Below are positions 59,394 through 64,000 of a DNA stretch of 64,000 nt, piece after piece. The first letter of the stretch is position 1. Each line of letters opens with the position of its first letter. The notes under the pieces were generated by a model. The model was not told where the DNA came from, ran no database searches, and saw nothing but the letters and a program-made list of their open reading frames with translations. Location of the stretch: positions 38,032-102,031 of the forward strand of contig CAZEUG010000002.1 of the NCBI GenBank assembly GCA_964515055.1, in the 5' to 3' direction. The translations under genes were made by a program, and so were the position numbers. Source of the DNA: an uncultured Oscillospiraceae bacterium. Its GTDB lineage: Bacteria; Bacillota; Clostridia; Oscillospirales; QAMX01.

Positions 59394-60299
59394 ATGAAGT
59401 ATTGTCCGAATTGCGGCACCGCCGCTGAAGACAACGCCGTTTTCTGTACGCAGTGCGGAAATCATTTTGCCCCGGCCCCGCAGCAGGCAGCACCGGAGCA
59501 GCCGGTGTACGCACAGCAGCAGGCAGCACCGCAACAGCCGGTGTACGCACAGCAGCAGGCAGCACCGCAGCAGCCGATGTACGCTCCGCAGCAGCCCATG
59601 TATGCTCCGGCTCCGCAGAAGAAAAACAGGGGCGTGTTCATTGCGCTGATCATTGTCATCGTCCTTCTGCTGGCCGTCGGCGGTTTCTTTGCCTTCCAAT
59701 ATTTCTTCTCCGACTCGGACAAGGATGATCGGGTCGATAGACCGCTGACGTCCGAAACCACTCCGCCGGCAACCAACCCGCCGGTGGTTCTCGGCTATAC
59801 CAAGGGTTCCATCGAGAACGGTTACTATGTGAACGAATGGGCCAATCTGAAAATTCAGACCAGCGGCCACTGGTCTGGTCTCAACTGGGATGTCGGCACC
59901 GATGAAGCATATGCTTCTTATCAAAACGCTTCTACGGACTGTGGTCTGATCCTTGCGGAACGCTATGCCGGTTATCAGGTCGCGATCGCATTTGAGGATC
60001 TGACTGCTTCCAATCCTTCCATTTCCGAGTCCGAATACATGGACATTATTTTGGATGGACTGATCTCGGTTTACTCTTCGTCCGGTATTGAGTATTCCGT
60101 TCTTTCCTCCTACTGGTCTTACAATCTTTGCGGCAATTCTTATCTCACAGGTGGTGTGTCCCTGGCCGCCGGCGAGACCAGCTTTGTGCAGGTGTTCCTG
60201 ACCCGGAAGCTGGATGATCATATAATCTTCATTGCACTGACGCTTCCGACGATCGAATCGGCCGACGAGATTCTGGAAGACTTTGTACCGGTGAATTGA
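59394..60299 (+). CDS. Zinc-ribbon membrane protein with Gln/Pro-rich repeats and extracytoplasmic domain
   Basis: MKYCPNCG...FCTQCG zinc ribbon, (QQAAPxQPxYA)3 repeats, one TM helix (VFIALIIVIVLLLAVGGFFAF). Confidence 0.75.
   Translation: MKYCPNCGTAAEDNAVFCTQCGNHFAPAPQQAAPEQPVYAQQQAAPQQPVYAQQQAAPQQPMYAPQQPMYAPAPQKKNRGVFIALIIVIVLLLAVGGFFAFQYFFSDSDKDDRVDRPLTSETTPPATNPPVVLGYTKGSIENGYYVNEWANLKIQTSGHWSGLNWDVGTDEAYASYQNASTDCGLILAERYAGYQVAIAFEDLTASNPSISESEYMDIILDGLISVYSSSGIEYSVLSSYWSYNLCGNSYLTGGVSLAAGETSFVQVFLTRKLDDHIIFIALTLPTIESADEILEDFVPVN
59481..59588 (+). repeat. 36-bp in-frame tandem repeat x3
   Basis: cagcaggcagcaccg(g/c)a(g/a)cagccg(g/a)tgtacgc(a/t)c(a/c)g units read directly. Confidence 0.9.
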
Positions 60300-60310
60300 T
60301 TGACGATTCC

Positions 60311-60346
60311 AATCTGTTCGGACGGATCCTTTCATCCGAACAGATT
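60311..60346 (+). terminator. Hairpin after the zinc-ribbon gene (weak U-tract)
   Basis: 12-bp stem AATCTGTTCGGA/TCCGAACAGATT, followed by only TTT. Confidence 0.4.
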
Positions 60347-60351
60347 TCCAT

Positions 60352-60428
60352 GGACCTTTAGCTCAGTCGGTCAGAGCATCCGGCTCATAACCGGTCGGTC
60401 CGGGGTTCGAGTCCCTGAAGGTCCACCA
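60352..60428 (+). tRNA. tRNA with CAT anticodon (Met by anticodon; possibly tRNA-Ile2/lysidine type), CCA encoded
   Basis: GGACCTT...AAGGTCC acceptor stem, GCTCAGTCGGTCAGAGC D-arm, CCGG-CTCATAA-CCGG anticodon arm, GGTTCGAGTCC T-arm, ACCA 3' end. Confidence 0.9.
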
Positions 60429-60565
60429 CGTCAGAGCAAAGTGCGTTTGACTCCGTTTCCGCCCTTCGGCGAAACCATCCATCCACTTCCCTGTTCTTCC
60501 TTTTCCCCGATCCCCGGAAGTCCTGTCGAAGCTTGTCTGGATAGCAGCGTATTTGCTCCACCAGA

Positions 60566-60603
60566 AAAACCTCTTTTGTCCGCCCAGACAAGAGAGGTTT
60601 TTT
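60566..60603 (+). terminator. Intrinsic terminator about 140 nt downstream of the tRNA
   Basis: AAAACCTCTTTTGTC-loop-GACAAGAGAGGTTTTTT. Confidence 0.75.
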
Positions 60604-60879
60604 CAATGAGATTTGCCCGTCATACGGTGACAGCTCCCCCAGAGGGGCGCCAGGGCAGAGGATGGGCGGTGGAAGGGGATGCGGTTTCGCAGGTGACGGC
60701 AATCCTTCCGGCGCGGTTTCGCCGCACCACCTCCCTTTGCACAAAGGAGGCTCGTGAGCATCCCCGATGCGGACGGCTATGGCTGTCCCGGAGGAGAGTT
60801 TTTGGGTGGTGTCCAACGTTGGCGGCTGCAGGCGTCATGAGAAATCCGGGGCAGGGCAGGAGACAGCCCCCGCCCTGCC

Positions 60880-60929
60880 TTCTCACCTTCTCACCTTTCA
60901 CCTTTCACTTCTCACCTTTCACCGATCAC
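60880..60929 (+). repeat. Pyrimidine-rich heptamer/octamer array (T)TYTCACC x6
   Basis: ttctcacc ttctcacc tttcacc tttcac ttctcacc tttcacc gatcac, immediately after the GGCAGGGC/GCCCTGCC hairpin (60850-60879). Confidence 0.6.
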
Positions 60930-60980
60930 TGATCTTTCCCGGTTTGGATGACCCCATCAATCAAAAGCGGAGGAAATCGC

Positions 60981-62330
60981 ATGAAAAAGTCCATTTGGAA
61001 TGCTCTGAAGCCGCAGATTCAGCAGGTCTGGCATCTCAGCCTTCCCGCCATTTTAACACAGATCACGACCATCGCCATGCAGTACATCGACTCTGCCATG
61101 GTCGGCGCGCAGGGCGCCAATGCCTCGGCGGCCATCGGTCTCGTTTCATCCACCACCTGGCTCTTCAACGGCATCCCCTATGCCGTTTCGGCCGGGTTTT
61201 CCGTTCAGGTCGCGCACTGCATTGGCGCGGAGCGGTTCCGGGATGCGCGGAGGGTCGTCCGGCACGGTCTGGTGACGGCACTCCTGCTTTCCGGCATTCT
61301 CTGTGCAGCCGGGGTGCTGATCTGCCGCCCGCTGCCCGGCTGGCTCGGTGGTGATCCGGTCATCCGTAACGATGCTTCCCTCTATTTTCTGACATTCGCG
61401 CTCATGCTGCCCTTTCACCAGCTGAACTCGCTGACCGCTTCGTTTTTGCAATGCAGCGGTGACATGGTCACGCCCAGCATTCTGAACGCCGTCATGTGCG
61501 TTCTGGACATCCTGTTCAACGCCCTGTTCATCCCGTCCTACGGCGTCCTCGGCGCCGGAATCGGCACGGCGCTGGCCTGTGCGGTTGTCAGTCTGCTGAT
61601 GGCATGGTTCTGCTGCTTTCGCCGCCCATCGCTCCGGCTTCGCCGCGCTGAGCGTGGTCATGTGGACTTCGCCATCCTGAAGTCCGCCCTGCGAATCGGC
61701 ACACCGGTCGCCGTGCAGGAAATCGCGATGTGCGGCGCCATGGTCGTCTCCACCATGATTCTCGCACCGCTCGGCCCGGTCGCCATTGCAGCCAACTCGT
61801 TTGCGGTCACAGCGGAAAGTCTGTGCTATATGCCCGGCTATGGCATCGGCTCCGCCGCGACGACGCTGGTCGGTCGGAGCATCGGTGCCGGAGATGTGCA
61901 GCTCGCCCGGCGCTACGGCATCATCTGCACGGCCATGGGCGGCATTTTGATGGGCTGCACCGGGGCACTGATGATGCTGCTCTGTCCGTTTGTCTTCCGG
62001 CTGCTGACGCCGGAGCTGTCGGTTCAGGCGCTGGCGACCAGTGTGCTGCGCATTGAGCTGTTCGCGGAGCCGCTCTTTGGCATTTCGATCGTTGCTGCCG
62101 GTGCGCTGCGCGGTACCGGCGATACGTTGATTCCCAGTCTGCTCAATCTGGGCAGCATCTGGATCGTTCGAATTGGCCTGTCGCTGCTGCTGGTGCGGCC
62201 GCTTGAGCTGCACGGCATCTGGATTGCCATGGCCGTTGAGCTGTGCGTCCGCGGGCTGGTGCTTCTGTATCGGCAGCGCACCTCTCCCTATTATGACCGA
62301 AAACCGGCGGTGCAATCAGACGCCGCATAA
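60981..62330 (+). CDS. MATE-family efflux transporter
   Basis: 12-TM profile. N-terminal LSLPAILTQITTIAMQYIDSAMVG is typical of MatE. ATG 7 nt after GGAGGA. Confidence 0.9.
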   Translation: MKKSIWNALKPQIQQVWHLSLPAILTQITTIAMQYIDSAMVGAQGANASAAIGLVSSTTWLFNGIPYAVSAGFSVQVAHCIGAERFRDARRVVRHGLVTALLLSGILCAAGVLICRPLPGWLGGDPVIRNDASLYFLTFALMLPFHQLNSLTASFLQCSGDMVTPSILNAVMCVLDILFNALFIPSYGVLGAGIGTALACAVVSLLMAWFCCFRRPSLRLRRAERGHVDFAILKSALRIGTPVAVQEIAMCGAMVVSTMILAPLGPVAIAANSFAVTAESLCYMPGYGIGSAATTLVGRSIGAGDVQLARRYGIICTAMGGILMGCTGALMMLLCPFVFRLLTPELSVQALATSVLRIELFAEPLFGISIVAAGALRGTGDTLIPSLLNLGSIWIVRIGLSLLLVRPLELHGIWIAMAVELCVRGLVLLYRQRTSPYYDRKPAVQSDAA

Positions 62331-62350
62331 AGCTCGACAAAAAAGTCACC

Positions 62351-62392
62351 CCCCCTGACGCCGCAGCAATCGGCATCAGGGGGTAGTTTTTT
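62351..62392. terminator. Terminator between convergent MATE and hypothetical genes
   Basis: CCCCCTGACGCCG/CGGCATCAGGGGG stem (1 mismatch) followed by TAGTTTTTT, with an A-run upstream. Confidence 0.7.
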
Positions 62393-62406
62393 GGCGCAGT
62401 GCCCGA

Positions 62407-63804
62407 TTATTGGGCCGTTGGCTGCACCGGTTCCAGGCCGAGCGCCCGGCAGAGTGCCTCTCCATCCTCCGCCGACAGCTGCCCATTGCGCAGCATGGCT
62501 GCGATGCTGCCCCGCACATTCTCATCCTGCGCCGCATTGTGGACGGTCTTACCGGACGAATCCTTTCGATAGAGCTGGCTGTAAAACCGGCTGTACAGGT
62601 CGTCGAAATGGTAGGCGTATGTCTGCGCGGGCGGTGCCTCATACGTCTGGCTCCACGGCATCTGTTTGAGAATCAGGTCGCGGTAGAGGCGGTAGCCCGC
62701 TTCGCCGTATTGATGGGTCAGATACGTTTCAAACCCGCTCAGCTGATTCAGCACCTCCTGTCGCGGCGCATTTTTCTGGTTTTCCGCGAAGGAGAGCGCC
62801 AGCCCGGCGATTTCCTCGTATTGCACCGGATCCATCCCCGCCGCCGTTGTCTCGGCCTGACTGCCATAGACCGTCTGGTACAGCTTCTGCGTTTCCCCCG
62901 CATATGCGCGTTCGGCGGCGGTCGTATCAATGCCGAGCGAGCGCAGCGGTTTGAAATCGCCGTATTTGGCGGCTGCGTAGGCGTTTTCGATGGCCTGCTG
63001 TTCCTCTGCGCTTTTGGCGTTGCGCAGCTTCAAGCTCTGCTCAAACGCCACATCCGACCGCTGATCCTCGTATTGCTGCGCTGCGCGTGCATTCTGCCGC
63101 TGCTTTTCCTCGTATTCGCGGTCTGCATTCGCCTGTTCCTGCAATCGCAGCAGGTACGACGCTTCCAGCTCCGACAGCTCCGCCGCGCCGTTCTGCCGCG
63201 CCGCACGGATCTGCTGCTCCAGCGTTGCCAGCGCACGCAAACGTTCCTGCTCGTTTTCAAAGCTGCGCGTTCGATACCCATTCTGCTGGGCGATCTGCGC
63301 GCTGTCGGAATATCCGCTGTTGTAAAGTCCCTGTGAGGCCAGACTGTTGGCCAGCGCCTCCCGGCTGTTCTGGTAGCCCAGATAATTTTCTCTGGCCAGC
63401 GCGTCGTATTGCCGTCCAATGTCCGGCCGCTGCGCTTCCAGCTGCTCCACCTCCAATGCTGTTCGCGTCTGTGCCGCCTGCATCGCGGCCGACTGTGCCT
63501 GCTGCAGCCGGTTCTGCGCATCGCTCCGGGCAGGCTGCTGCTGCTCACGCCATGCGCCATACTCCACGCCGCCCTTCGGCGTCATGATCCAGGTCTGCGT
63601 GCCGGATGCATTCGTCACGATGGAGCCATTTTCAATGCGGCGTTGACCGGCTTCATCCTCGTACATCCGGTTGTCGATGGAATAGCCGATGCGGCGGCGT
63701 CCCGATGCATCAGTATAGGTCAGCGGAATTGCTTTGGGGTTGCGGCTCGATTCCACCCCTGTTTCCGGATCCAGATACCGCGTTTCGATGATGCTGTTTC
63801 CCAT
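62407..63804 (-). CDS. Hypothetical protein, Gln/Ala/Glu-rich, probably coiled-coil
   Basis: 465 aa from MGNSIIETRY (GGGAG RBS). Low-complexity central region and no recognisable domains. Confidence 0.5.
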   Translation of the reverse strand: MGNSIIETRYLDPETGVESSRNPKAIPLTYTDASGRRRIGYSIDNRMYEDEAGQRRIENGSIVTNASGTQTWIMTPKGGVEYGAWREQQQPARSDAQNRLQQAQSAAMQAAQTRTALEVEQLEAQRPDIGRQYDALARENYLGYQNSREALANSLASQGLYNSGYSDSAQIAQQNGYRTRSFENEQERLRALATLEQQIRAARQNGAAELSELEASYLLRLQEQANADREYEEKQRQNARAAQQYEDQRSDVAFEQSLKLRNAKSAEEQQAIENAYAAAKYGDFKPLRSLGIDTTAAERAYAGETQKLYQTVYGSQAETTAAGMDPVQYEEIAGLALSFAENQKNAPRQEVLNQLSGFETYLTHQYGEAGYRLYRDLILKQMPWSQTYEAPPAQTYAYHFDDLYSRFYSQLYRKDSSGKTVHNAAQDENVRGSIAAMLRNGQLSAEDGEALCRALGLEPVQPTAQ

Positions 63805-63870
63805 GCTTGTTTTACTCCCTCTGCTTTCCTGATGGGCGGGTGACCAGCAACCGGCCACCCGCCCCTTTCG

Positions 63871-64000
63871 TTATCGCGGCAGAACGAGACATCCGACGGA
63901 CAGTCCGGATGCGGAGGCTGTGATCCGGATTTTACCGTTGTCTGTTCCGTGTGTCTGCACAAACCGGCCGGACTCGACCGTCAGGTACTGCGGCACGTCT
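63871..64000 (-). CDS. 3' end of an unidentified CDS (start outside window)
   Basis: Open frame ...DVPQYLTVESGRFVQTHGTDNGKIRITASASGLSVGCLVLPR*, stop at 63871-63873. Too short to assign. Confidence 0.3.
   Translation of the reverse strand, partial: DVPQYLTVESGRFVQTHGTDNGKIRITASASGLSVGCLVLPR

Noticed and set aside
58413-60335. 640-aa minus-strand ORF taken at face value
   Set aside because: Its 5' two-thirds run antisense through the zinc-ribbon gene, two promoters and an AT-rich intergenic region. Only the last ~223 codons, which have their own RBS and promoter, look genuine.
60300-60932. ORFs spanning the tRNA region (210 aa +, 143 aa -, 93 aa -)
   Set aside because: They overlap a clear tRNA gene and two terminators, are mutually overlapping, have no RBS, and have a low-complexity Pro/Gly/Arg composition.
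60352-64000. Integrative element inserted at the tRNA
   Set aside because: No integrase/recombinase gene and no repeat of the tRNA 3' end were found downstream. The downstream genes (MATE, coiled-coil hypothetical) have host-like GC.

Overview
High-GC (about 58% G+C in hand-counted sample lines) Firmicutes/Clostridia-type chromosomal segment. spoIIE, comF, VanW-domain proteins, MurT/GatD and HPr kinase point to a sporulating Gram-positive; the exact taxon cannot be determined here. Most of the window is densely packed, mainly minus-strand housekeeping: mltG, spoIIE, rlmH, proS, uxaC, murC, mreB, comF, recD2, the rimP-nusA-ylxR-infB-rbfA-nrnA-truB-ribF string running straight into murT-gatD, nagA, gpmI, the dgt-dnaG-rpoD block, hprK, clpB, one tRNA(CAT) and a MATE exporter. 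Sugar isomerase, oxidoreductase and glycosidase genes are interspersed. The outlier is a plus-strand, low-GC island (33-42% in sampled lines) at about 48.8-55.7 kb, between hprK and clpB. It carries a nucleotidyltransferase-fold protein, a 243-bp near-perfect direct duplication flanking a consensus promoter, and a radical SAM/SPASM maturase with an N-terminal RRE-like extension. It also carries two tandem Cys-rich precursor-like peptides that have no ORF-track entry of their own (CxCxCxC-H-GG...CxCxC; the second has no ATG/GTG/TTG start), an ABC exporter and an HPr-kinase-like P-loop protein. I read this as a RiPP gene cluster that combines rSAM chemistry with lasso-peptide-style kinase/nucleotidyltransferase tailoring, a combination I do not recognise as described. 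Secondary oddities are a GatD homologue whose catalytic Cys and His appear substituted, a terminator-like hairpin in the rimP-nusA leader, and a structured GC-rich non-coding stretch with a pyrimidine heptamer array between the tRNA and the MATE gene. Many long ORFs in the track are antisense artefacts of the high GC content. Start codons were re-picked by RBS inspection and may be off by a few codons.
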